DNA of 64,000 nucleotides from Histomonas meleagridis 2922-C6/04-290x (GCA_020184695.1 JAANOX010000280.1:1-64000), one strand, 5' to 3'; shown: positions 10,059 through 20,233, counted from the stretch's first letter. Notes: generated by a model from the letters alone, not told the origin. Numbers and translations: made by a program.

Positions 10059-11600
10059 ATGGAAAACAAACCGAGAGCATGTTTCCGTATAACTCAGATT
10101 GTTGTTTCATTTTTTTTTGTTTCTTTTCCTATCATATATTCTTTTTATTTGCAGTTCCCAGAATCTAAAGATTTTTTGTTAAAAATCAGAAGTACAAAAT
10201 TGTTCTATTGCACTGAAAAGAATATAGATTGTACCATATCCATTTCAGTTGATATGGTATCACCTATTAAAGTTGAGACATATGAAGACTTTGACCAAAA
10301 TGTTTGTGGTGTTGGCCAAAACTTTGTGTCAATTCATAACTCATCAGTTCCTAAATCTAGTTTCACTCAAAATGTCATTTATTCTGATTTTCCAGACACT
10401 GGTTATATTCCACTAATTGCATCGCTTTATTCCCTTAACATGCCAGATTACATTTTCTACATCAACACTTCTAATGTCAATTATATGCCATCCACTCTCT
10501 GGCTTGAAGAAGCAGTTTCTAAGTTTTGCGAAGGTGACTACGATGTTATATTTGGTGGCAAGACAGTTTATCAAAACAATGATGTAGGAATTGGTTTAGC
10601 GATTATTCGTTCTCCATTAGTCCGTGAACTTCTTTACCACACCAATTCCACATATAATTCCATACCACCTCTTTTATCCATTTCATTACTTATTGCCAAA
10701 AACCCGCATATCAAAAGCATTTATCATCTTTTCGATGGTATTAAACCCGAACAAAATTATGATCACATAATAAATCCACAAATTCCACGATCACAAATGT
10801 GTCCTAACATTAATGATTCAACCAATCCAACACTTGGCTTATTATTACCCCAATTTAAGCGCAAATATATTTATAACTTTATCACTGATTATGAAAAGCA
10901 AACATTATTACCCGAATTTTATTGCATCGTGCAATGTGAAAATCGGATTACATTAGACTTAGCACGAATACGTTCTAAGTCATCACGACCTGTGTATCAT
11001 ATTTGGGGCTATAATTGGAGCCCATTATTTTTGTTTCCTATTTTCATCTCTTCGTTGTTTCCGGTGGATTTCGTTATGCGATGGGATGATGACCAAAGTC
11101 CAATCGATAATAATGTTCATCAAAGTTTTGTCGACGAAATAAAAAATGATAATTCCATAATCGGAATGGGTGGTTCGAGTTATAACTCCAAGTCACCAAA
11201 ACTTTTTGGCATGATAGCGAAGGATAATTGTAGCGAAAGAGATACGTTCGCAGTGCCTTTAATGTATAGACCGATGCATGGAAAACTTACGGCACGATTA
11301 AGGCCGTATACATTGGCTCAAGGAGAAGACATAACTTTAAGTTTGGCTTCGAAATTGATTTGCAACATAACGGTCAAGTCGAAGCAATTCAAATATAAGA
11401 CATATCAATACGATTGGAACAAGCAGTCAAGAGATAGGAAACTAAACAAACTCCCTGAAAACAAAGAGGGCGATCTGATGAACCGAATTTACAGTCACTT
11501 TATAGAAAAAGCAGATTATGTGCCGGTTTGCTATGTGAATAAAACTAAAAAGGATGCATACAAAAAAATAGAATATAAACATTCAGATTATTATGAATAA
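10059..11600 (+). CDS. Type II membrane protein, putative GT-A fold glycosyltransferase
   Basis: N-terminal TM (IVVSFFFVSFPIIYSF); C-terminal half with LLPQFKR, VMRWDDD (DxD-like) and GEDI motifs. Confidence 0.5.
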   Translation: MENKPRACFRITQIVVSFFFVSFPIIYSFYLQFPESKDFLLKIRSTKLFYCTEKNIDCTISISVDMVSPIKVETYEDFDQNVCGVGQNFVSIHNSSVPKSSFTQNVIYSDFPDTGYIPLIASLYSLNMPDYIFYINTSNVNYMPSTLWLEEAVSKFCEGDYDVIFGGKTVYQNNDVGIGLAIIRSPLVRELLYHTNSTYNSIPPLLSISLLIAKNPHIKSIYHLFDGIKPEQNYDHIINPQIPRSQMCPNINDSTNPTLGLLLPQFKRKYIYNFITDYEKQTLLPEFYCIVQCENRITLDLARIRSKSSRPVYHIWGYNWSPLFLFPIFISSLFPVDFVMRWDDDQSPIDNNVHQSFVDEIKNDNSIIGMGGSSYNSKSPKLFGMIAKDNCSERDTFAVPLMYRPMHGKLTARLRPYTLAQGEDITLSLASKLICNITVKSKQFKYKTYQYDWNKQSRDRKLNKLPENKEGDLMNRIYSHFIEKADYVPVCYVNKTKKDAYKKIEYKHSDYYE

Positions 11601-11650
11601 ATCAATGTCTTTCTTTATTTTTGTTGTTGTCTTTTGAAAATTTATTAAAA

Positions 11651-11929
11651 ATTATATATCCAATACCATATTCAGTTACTACAATTGTAAGTTATGCATT
11701 TTATTCATGTTCATGATTACAATCTGTTAACATTGGTGAAAATATAACAACAATTGGAGATTATGCATTTTATTATTGTTCTAAATTAACAACAATTATC
11801 ATTGTAGAAAATGCAAAAACAATTGAAACTTTACCATTTTCTGGTTGTAATAATTTCACATTTGTTTATTTTACAGGTTATGAATCACCAACTGACATAA
11901 GTTATAATAAACAATTGTTAAATGTTTAA
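11651..11929 (+). pseudogene. BspA-like (TpLRR) leucine-rich repeat fragment
   Basis: IPYSVTTIVSYAFYSCS*LQSVNIGENITTIGDYAFYYCSKL..PFSGC..VYFTG, with in-frame TGA at 11714 and no ATG. Confidence 0.75.
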
Positions 11930-12185
11930 CAAAAACAGGAAAATATTTTCCCGAATTCGAATTATCTTTTGGTGTAACATTAGTTACAATTAATGTATAA
12001 AAGTCAGAATAATAACAGTAATAAGACAAATAATATATCACAGTGTAATCATAATAAATGACATTTGTCGATATATAACTATAAGTGGATTCAAACGTTA
12101 ACAATGAAAATGTATTTATATATTTACTATAAAATGTAATCGAAAGTGTTAAAGATAATGACTGAGTTAAAGTGAACGAATGCAT
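11930..12185 (-). pseudogene. S/T/Y-rich surface-protein stalk-like fragment
   Basis: SFTLTQSLSLTLSITFYS..YYDYTVIYYLSYY low-complexity stalk-like sequence, with no signal peptide or downstream TM. Confidence 0.4.
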
Positions 12186-12279
12186 TAAAAAGGATATATA
12201 TTATGTAGGATATGAAATTACTAATTTTGGAGAAATGAAATTCATATGTATTTATTAAAGGGATCGCTTTGGATAAAAT

Positions 12280-12918
12280 TCAGTTACAAAGCATTTTCAT
12301 TTCATCTGAAAATCGCTCTGACTCTGGTAACCTTTTAAGCCTCGAAAATTTTCCTCTCGAAGAATCAATATATACGATGTTGTTTTCAGTTAGAAATTTT
12401 ACGATCTTCTTTTTTGCTTTAGCTGGATTATCATTTTCAATCTCTAATTCAAAAAATTTTTTGCCATTAGGAAGTGTCATTTCGTCGGCTTCCACTGTAA
12501 GTCCTTTATAAGAAACAATATTTCTTATATCATGGAAATCACCATAAATGTAAAATTCGCTATTTTCGCATTCTTTAATTTGATCTTTAATTATCTCGGG
12601 CAATGACTGAAATAAAATTTGTGGTGATTTGATAACTAATTCTGCTGTTTCATTTGGAATATCGGTTTCCATTTCTGGATGGTTTGCAATGCCATTTACC
12701 AAATTTCCTTTACCTTTTAGAGTTACTACATATCTTTTAATTCCGTTTGATGTTATACGACGAAGTCGTAAAACTTTTCCTAATGTTGACAATTTTCCAT
12801 CTTTTGTATTTAAGAATATATTCCAAAGTTCATTTCTTTCATACTCTCCGTTGAATAAACCAAGAAATTTATGATATCCTTCCTCACTGACCAAGATTTT
12901 AACTTCTATTTCAGTCAT
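12280..12918 (-). CDS. CYTH-domain (triphosphate tunnel metalloenzyme) protein
   Basis: N-terminal EIEVK (ExExK), LRLR, TLKG, EADE..FELEIE, GKFSR. Confidence 0.85.
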   Translation of the reverse strand: MTEIEVKILVSEEGYHKFLGLFNGEYERNELWNIFLNTKDGKLSTLGKVLRLRRITSNGIKRYVVTLKGKGNLVNGIANHPEMETDIPNETAELVIKSPQILFQSLPEIIKDQIKECENSEFYIYGDFHDIRNIVSYKGLTVEADEMTLPNGKKFFELEIENDNPAKAKKKIVKFLTENNIVYIDSSRGKFSRLKRLPESERFSDEMKMLCN

Positions 12919-12997
12919 TTTGCAAAATTTTAATGCCGATAATAACGTAAACCATTCAATGACAACGAACGTTTAAAATACATTCAAACAGTTTTAT

Positions 12998-14059
12998 TTA
13001 TTTTCTATATTTCTTCAAGTTATTTTCGAATTGATTTAATGTTGAAGTGTACATATCATTTGTACTCTTCATTGATTTGTCACTCAGTGATTTGATTGCT
13101 TTCTTTTCCTTGAAAGATAATGAACGAGGAATGATTACCTTGTAGTGTATATATAATGATCCTCGACCTCCAATTCCAGCTCCATTCATCTTTTCAACAT
13201 CGAGAGGTTGTGTTCCAGGTCTAACCTTTTTATTAACAATTCCCTTCAATGTTGGAATCTGTACTATTCCACCTAACGCAGCAGTTTTCATTGATATTGG
13301 AACTGTAATATGCAGGTCATTTCCATTTCTTTCAAAGATTGAGTCATCTTTCACATTACAAGCAACAATAAGTTGACCGTTTGGAGTTGAGAAGTTTATA
13401 ATGGAACCGTTTTCAACTCCTGGGGGAACGTTAATTTTGATTTTTGTTGGTTTTGGAGTTTGTCCTGTGCCTTTACAATTATGACATGGCTTTTCAATAG
13501 TGTAGCCTTTCCCACTACATGCTGGACAAGGAAATGGGAAAAAGCCTTCTGCAACAATTCCTGAACCATGGCAATACTGACATAAAATTGGTGGTTTACC
13601 ATCACTAGTACCTTGGCCATTACATTTACTACATGGCTCAGTGGTTGGCAATGTTATTTCCCTACTGCAACCAAATACACTTTCCATGAAATTAAGAGTA
13701 ACAGCTTTTCTGAATACCATTGGTGAGTGCTCACGAGTTGTACGTACAAATGGAAATGATGAAGATGAAGATCTATGATCATATTCACTTCTTGTTTTCT
13801 CATCCTTTAGTACATCATAAGCTGAATTTACAGCAGACATGATTTTTTCACCTTCTTCTTTTTCTTTTGGAGTATGAAGGACATCAGGATGGTATGCCTT
13901 TGCTATTTCATAATATCTTTTTTTAATTTCATCGTGTGTTGCAGTTTTCTTAAGTCCAAGCCTTTCATAGTAATCATCTGCTTTCCAATTAATTTTTGGT
14001 TTTGCAAATAATCTTGAAAAGAAAAAATTTGTTGCGGCCCCAATGCTTGTCAAAGCCAT
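12998..14059 (-). CDS. Type I DnaJ chaperone, probably hydrogenosomal (Mdj1-like)
   Basis: J domain with HPD, four CxxCxGxG motifs and a C-terminal substrate domain; short N-terminal extension ending SRLFA. Confidence 0.9.
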   Translation of the reverse strand: MALTSIGAATNFFFSRLFAKPKINWKADDYYERLGLKKTATHDEIKKRYYEIAKAYHPDVLHTPKEKEEGEKIMSAVNSAYDVLKDEKTRSEYDHRSSSSSFPFVRTTREHSPMVFRKAVTLNFMESVFGCSREITLPTTEPCSKCNGQGTSDGKPPILCQYCHGSGIVAEGFFPFPCPACSGKGYTIEKPCHNCKGTGQTPKPTKIKINVPPGVENGSIINFSTPNGQLIVACNVKDDSIFERNGNDLHITVPISMKTAALGGIVQIPTLKGIVNKKVRPGTQPLDVEKMNGAGIGGRGSLYIHYKVIIPRSLSFKEKKAIKSLSDKSMKSTNDMYTSTLNQFENNLKKYRK

Positions 14060-14194
14060 TTGGAGTAACTGCCTGCATTCAAAAACTGATCGTTACTATT
14101 TCAAAGGTTTACATGAAGTGCTCCGATCGTCAACAATAAACATCATAAAATTTAAATAAATTAACGTTTTTTAAATATTATTTCATCAACTTGA

Positions 14195-17100
14195 ATGTCT
14201 GAGAGCAATCTTCTTAGTACCACTAAAGATCAATTTAATAAATCTGTTTATATGGAATTTCTTATTTCCGTCCAGAAAGTAGTATTTAATTTAAATGAAG
14301 AAAATCTAGAGTCAACAGTTCAACATACAATGGAATTATTCGATTCGAATTATCCATATTCATTTAACCTTATAATATGCAATTTGGTTTATTTTGCATT
14401 TTGTTCTCAAAAAGGCAACGGTGATATATTTTTAAATTATTTACTGTTAATTAAAACAAAAGAAGAAAAAATGAACATTACAGCAGACATTATTAAAATT
14501 TTTAGTAATTGCATATCTAATGCCAATACCCAAGAATCATATTATTTAATTGAGAAATTGATTGATCAAAATTTAATTGATTCAAGTATTACAAAAAACA
14601 TTCATTCATTATATTTTATACATTATAAAACAAAAGATGAAATTAATGGATTTTTTTCATTCAATTCTGATCACTATCATTTTTTAAAAGACATTAACGA
14701 ACTTTCAAATAATAATTGGGAACTTCATAAAAAATATATTAGAGAAGGTGTTAATCGAAGTGAAATAACAGAAATAATACGAAATGATGAAATAGGAAAA
14801 CTTCAAGAAATGGCATCACAAAAAGAGTTTGATTTTAATCAATATATTAAACCATCACTATATGAAAGATATACAACTACTAATACATATGTTACATTAA
14901 TTGATTATGCTGCGTTTTTTGGATCAAGTAAAATTTTTAAATATTTATTATTAAATGGTTCTAAACTAGATAATACAGGCATATATGCAATTGCTGGTGG
15001 AAATATGGAAATCATTCATTTATGTGAACAAAATCATTCATCATTTTTTGGTGCATATGAAACAGCAATTCGGTTTCATCGAAATGATATCTTTAAATAT
15101 CTTTATGAAAATAAATTAGTAGAGCAAAATATAAACGGTTCATCAAAGAATGATGATTCTGATTCTGATCCTGATAGTGATGATAGTGATTATTATAAAA
15201 CTAGATTTATGAAAATGTTTAAAAGTAATATCAATGATTTAAATTTCATTTGTATATCCAGTGGTAATTTTGAATTGTTATCATTTTTGGAAAATGATAA
15301 AAAAGAAATCAGAGATAATTTCATTAATAAGGCAGCAATTCAAGGGAATATATTCCTTGTTAAACATTATTTTGAAAAATGTCAAATACCACAAAATATT
15401 TTAATTAGTTCTTCATTATCAGGAAATGTAGAACTTGTTAAATATATTCTTGAACAAGAAAAAATTGATGTAAACGCTAAAGACATACATTTGTTTTATT
15501 TAAAATATGTTTTAATAATTTAATATTTTAATATATTATTTGGAAATCATTTAAATTATTTAGAACGGCTTTTATTTCTGCAATTTTAAATAATAATATA
15601 GAAATAGTTAAATTTCTTCTTAAACAAAAAGATATTGATATAAATGAAAAAAACTTTTTTTAATTGAATTTAATATTTATTTCTTTTATTTGAAATTTCA
15701 AAATAATTTTTGAAGAATATTTAAAATATTTAAAACACCATTTATCATCGCAGCTGAAAAAGGTAATATAGAAATAGTTAAATTACTTCTTGAACAAAAA
15801 GAAATTGATATTAATGCTAAAGATATTAAATTGTTTTATTTTTTGATTGTTTTTATATAATAATATTTCAAAATGTAATTTGGAAACTTATTAAATTATT
15901 TTGGACAGCATTTGTACAAGCAGCTGCAAATGGTCATTTAGAAATAGCTAAATTACTTATTGAACAAGAAGGGATTGATATCAATTCTAAAGATAATATT
16001 TATTCCAATAATTTAATTTTATATTAAATTACATGGAATTTTTTCAAATGGTTTGAAACAGTTCTTCCAATTGCATATAATCATCATCGTAATGAAATAG
16101 TTAAATTCCTTATTGAACAAGAAAGGATTGATATTAATGCTAAAGATATTTATTTGTTTGTTTTAGTATTGGTTTTGATAATTTTTTATTTCAAAATAAT
16201 ATTTGGAGATTGTTTAACTAACTTCAAACATTACTATTAATGGCAAGTTTTAAAGGTAATAAAAAATTGTTCAATTACTTCTCGAAAAAAAAGGAGTTGA
16301 TATTAATTTACAAGATGTTTATTTTTTATGTTCAAAATATCTTTTTATAAATTGAAATTTCAATATAAATTTCGGAGAATAATTCAATCATTTCATTCGC
16401 CACTTATGAGATCATCATGGAATGGTTCTATAAAAATCGTTAAAATGCTTCTTGCTAAAGAAGAAATTGATGTAAATGCTGTAAATTTTATTTATTTTTG
16501 CAACATAAAATTTCAAAATAATATTTGGAGATTATTAAAATCATTTAGGACAGCACTTATGTTTGCATCTGAAAATGGTAATACTGAAATAGTCAAATTA
16601 CTTCTTAAACATAAAGGAATTAATTTTAATGCTAAAGATGTTTATTTGTTTAAATTAATGTTTGTTTTGATAATTCAAAATTTAAAAAAAATATTTAGAA
16701 ATTATTCAAATAATTTCGTACAGCTCTTATTTATGCAGCTAATAATGGCCACACGGAAATTGTTAAATTGCTTCTCGAACAAGAAGGAATTGATATTAAT
16801 GCTCAAGATATCTATTTGTAATATTTAAATTTTATTATGATAATTTAATATTTCAAAATAATATTTGGAAATCATTTAAATTATTTGATACAGCACTTGT
16901 ATATGTATCTACAGGTGGTTTCACAGAAATAGCGGAGTTACTTCTTAAACAAGAAGGTATTGATATTAATATAAAAGATATTTTTTTAATTTGCTTGAAA
17001 ATTATTTCAATTATTTCAAATTTTATTTGATTATTTGACAATTACTCTTAATATTTTATACACCTTTAATGATTGCAACAGAAAATAGTAGTACTAAAAT

Positions 17101-17355
17101 AGTTAAATTACTTCTTGAACAAAAAGGGATAGATATCAATTCTAAAAATATTTATTAGTTTAGTTTTGTATTTATTTTAATAATTTTATATCTCAAAATA
17201 TTTTTTGGAATTTATTCAAATTATATTTTACAGCAGTTATGATTGCGTATAGATTTGGATATAAAAAAATTATTAAATTATTCGAGAAAAAAGGAATCAA
17301 TATCATTACACAAAATAATTATTTATTATATTTGACGTTATTTAAAATCATTTGA
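14195..17355 (+). CDS. DUF3447-type/ankyrin-repeat gene whose C-terminal repeats are split by non-coding spacers
   Basis: The continuous ORF 14195-15523 has the FDFNQ.I.PSLYERY..TLIDYAAFFGS..IFKYLL..AIAGGN.EII domain. It is followed by 11 further ankyrin modules in shifting frames. Confidence 0.75.
15395..17355 (+). repeat. 170-bp-period array: 90-nt ankyrin module + 80-nt (or 63-nt) T-rich spacer
   Basis: Modules (T-A/P-L..G..EIVKLLL..GIDIN.KD) start at 15395, 15565, 15735, 15905, 16058, 16228, 16397, 16550, 16720, 16890, 17060 and 17230. Spacers are 80,80,80,63,80,80,63,80,80,80,80 nt. Confidence 0.95.
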
Positions 17356-17544
17356 TAACTAAATTATTAGTTTAATATTTAATAAAAATTTGTTTGATAT
17401 TGCTTGTTATCAAATTCTTAATGTAAACTATTTTTTGGCTTGGAGCTCCCAATAAATAGTTATTTTTTTTGATAAAAATGTATAATAAAAAATTTTTATT
17501 CGTAATCACATTAATTGAAGTCAAAATTATTTCTCTATAAATGT

Positions 17545-19035
17545 TTATTGATCTGAATCAGGGTCAGCATTTATATCAATATCACATTCGAAGTCCATCA
17601 AATCGTCCGGTACTTTTTCATTTTCCTTTTGTTTGTTCATATTAATATCATTTACCACCAACGACTTCTTTATATTTGTTAGCGCTAAATTCAAATTTTC
17701 ATTTATTTGTTTAGGTTTAGGCTTTGGAGGTAATATTCTTATATCTTTACTTGCATCGCAATTAATTATTACATGTTTCACTTGTGGTACAACTTGTGAA
17801 AATGAGTCTTTTCTTTCATTTTCTATAACTTTCATTACATCTCTTTTCGGATGTAATATTGGTTGAACTTTCGGTTCTACAATCGATTTAATTCTTGATA
17901 AATATGTTTGTGAATTTATAGTCTTTTGTATAAGTTGTATAAATCTTCCTAAATATGGTGAATTAGTTGGCGATGAAGATAAAAATACATTTGTAGTAAT
18001 ATCAAATAATTGTGTATCAAAAAGTCGTTTTTCACATTCTTCAATTAATGTTTTATGTATTTCTAATTGAAGTTGTGGTTCGAAATACATCGCAAATGGT
18101 GAAATTATATCTATGTATTCAAGCCCACCTTTCTGTAATGAGTTAAGCCACATAGGAACTAATGGTACAACAAAGATACGAATACAATGAATTCCATATA
18201 CAAATATTAATGATCTAAGTAAAAGAGGTAAAAGTATTCCCGATTTAACTTGTGTCATTAATGCTTCAAATATATTTAACCGATGAAATGCAACAGGATT
18301 CATTTGCATTAGTTTAGCAAAAATATATTGGACACTTTTTGATATCGAAATTTCTAATGAATTGGTGGCGGTTTTAAACAGAATTGGATATAACGCATTA
18401 ACGTACTCCGTGAGTGATGTTGGATTTTGCATTAAGTATTCAACAAGATATAGTAACCCACGAATTCGTAAGGCTTCATTGGGCGGTGGGGGAAGAGGGA
18501 GCTTTTCTACTTCTGATGGCTCGTTAGAAAGTGTTGCTAAAACACGTCGAAGAAGATTTCCTGGTGTTTTGTTTGATCTAGCAATTGCTGCAGCCGCATT
18601 CCGTTGAATATACTGGTCGTTATAATCGAGAAATTCAAAATGAGCAGAAATTGATGATGAATAACATGGAAGAGATATTATGTTATATAAATGAGTTGCA
18701 AATATTGGGTTGTCAGGAAAAGTAAAGTTTCGGCACCATTTATATGCTTCATTATGAAGAAGTTCTGTTGCTCTTCGAATTAAATGTGCATTTAAAAATG
18801 CTGCACCAAGAAAATTTTCTCGATTAGCTAATGAAATTTTACCAGCTTTGTCGAATTGTGACTTTAAATCATCCGGTGAACAAATTCTTACCATTTTTGA
18901 TAAAATCCAAAATAATTCTGGATCAGGATTGGAAGTCAATTTCTCTACAATTGCTTTGATATCATCTTTTGTGGCTGAATCAATACTATAAATATTTAAA
19001 GCTGAACTATTGGCTGAGAATTGTTCTGTTTCCAT
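17545..19035 (-). CDS. Hypothetical helical (HEAT-like) protein
   Basis: Long ORF. The track start at 19131 is GTG; the first ATG (METEQ) is at 19035, leaving a ~110-bp divergent promoter shared with RPB3. Confidence 0.75.
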   Translation of the reverse strand: METEQFSANSSALNIYSIDSATKDDIKAIVEKLTSNPDPELFWILSKMVRICSPDDLKSQFDKAGKISLANRENFLGAAFLNAHLIRRATELLHNEAYKWCRNFTFPDNPIFATHLYNIISLPCYSSSISAHFEFLDYNDQYIQRNAAAAIARSNKTPGNLLRRVLATLSNEPSEVEKLPLPPPPNEALRIRGLLYLVEYLMQNPTSLTEYVNALYPILFKTATNSLEISISKSVQYIFAKLMQMNPVAFHRLNIFEALMTQVKSGILLPLLLRSLIFVYGIHCIRIFVVPLVPMWLNSLQKGGLEYIDIISPFAMYFEPQLQLEIHKTLIEECEKRLFDTQLFDITTNVFLSSSPTNSPYLGRFIQLIQKTINSQTYLSRIKSIVEPKVQPILHPKRDVMKVIENERKDSFSQVVPQVKHVIINCDASKDIRILPPKPKPKQINENLNLALTNIKKSLVVNDINMNKQKENEKVPDDLMDFECDIDINADPDSDQ

Positions 19036-19147
19036 CCGACCGAAGGTCTTATCGACCCTAAAATCTTCTGCCAATAATTTTTGTGTGTTTCTAAAATTGT
19101 CATCAAGAAATTTTGAACCGTTTTGGGACACCCCTTCATTTTGACCA

Positions 19148-20098
19148 ATGTCAAGGAATGTAACTCCAGAAATCAGACTTACAAACTTAGATAGCGAAAA
19201 TAATCACATAGAATTCGAATTGACAAATGTCAGCACAGCTTTTGCAAATGCACTTCGTAGAGTTATGATTTCCGAAGTTCCTACTATGTCATTTGATGAC
19301 CTTTATTTTCGTCAAAACACATCTCCTTTACCAGATGAATTTATTGCTCATCGTATAGGTCTTTTACCTATTCATTCTGATGAAGTTGATAAATTACGTT
19401 ATCGTGATGATTGTGATTGCATTGAAGGTTGTCCACGTTGCCGTGTGCGGTATGTCATAAATGTAAAATGTACTGATGATACACCACGTCTTGTTACTAC
19501 CAGGGATCTTGAATATTCACCAGAATACGATGATGATCCAGCATACCAAATTGAATTAGATGCAGCCCGTACAATGAAACCCGTTGAGCCACCTGCTATT
19601 CCAGGTGGTCCATCAGTTCCCATTACAATAGCAAAACTTGGTAAAGGCCAAGTATTACAAGTTTTGTGCTATGCAACCAAAGGCATTGGACGAGAACATG
19701 CCAAATGGTCACCATGTTGTTGTTCAACATATCGTATGCAACCAAAGATCACATTAAATCATGCATTTTTTAGAACCAAGACACCCGAATGGCTTGATAA
19801 CTTTGTTACGACATGTCCAAACAACGTATTTAGACATGCTGCAAATGATGATACAATTGAAATTGAAAATGAACTTAATTGTACATTTTGTAGACAATGC
19901 CAAGAAGCACTTGAAAATGAAGGAGATACTGACTCAGAAAAAAACATATTTATTGATCAAGTTCCTGATAAATACATATTTACAGTCGAATCAAATGGTT
20001 CATTACCACCACAAACTATTGTTATACGCGCTTGGGAAATCCTTGGAAGTAAACTTGAAAGACTTTTACAAGATATAAAGAAGGCGCCACTTGAATAA
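19148..20098 (+). CDS. RPB3: DNA-directed RNA polymerase II subunit RPB3
   Basis: ANALRRVMISEVPT, DEFIAHRIGLLP, Zn motif CDC..GCPRC, KLGKGQ, KG.GREHAKWSP, VESNGSLPP. TCATT Inr at 19136. Confidence 0.92.
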   Translation: MSRNVTPEIRLTNLDSENNHIEFELTNVSTAFANALRRVMISEVPTMSFDDLYFRQNTSPLPDEFIAHRIGLLPIHSDEVDKLRYRDDCDCIEGCPRCRVRYVINVKCTDDTPRLVTTRDLEYSPEYDDDPAYQIELDAARTMKPVEPPAIPGGPSVPITIAKLGKGQVLQVLCYATKGIGREHAKWSPCCCSTYRMQPKITLNHAFFRTKTPEWLDNFVTTCPNNVFRHAANDDTIEIENELNCTFCRQCQEALENEGDTDSEKNIFIDQVPDKYIFTVESNGSLPPQTIVIRAWEILGSKLERLLQDIKKAPLE

Positions 20099-20233
20099 AA
20101 TAATTTTTAATATAATTTCATTTTTATGAAAAAGTATTATCAAAATCGATTACGGTTAATAAAAAACAATATAAAAATAAGCGCTTTATTATATAATAAT
20201 ATATACATAAGGGATAGTGAGATTGAATACGAG

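Noticed and set aside
15485-15564. Spacer as an ordinary GT-AG intron (15493-15563, 71 nt, giving D-I-H-L-T)
   Set aside because: It works for this copy only. Most other spacers lack the AG and many lack the GT, and none has the GTA..TAAC..AG signals seen in the 23-nt intron.
15395-17355. CRISPR-like array or stop-codon reassignment as the explanation
   Set aside because: The units are degenerate coding modules with no cas genes, in a eukaryote. Read-through cannot fix an 80-nt frame shift, and normal genes here end in TAA, TAG or TGA.
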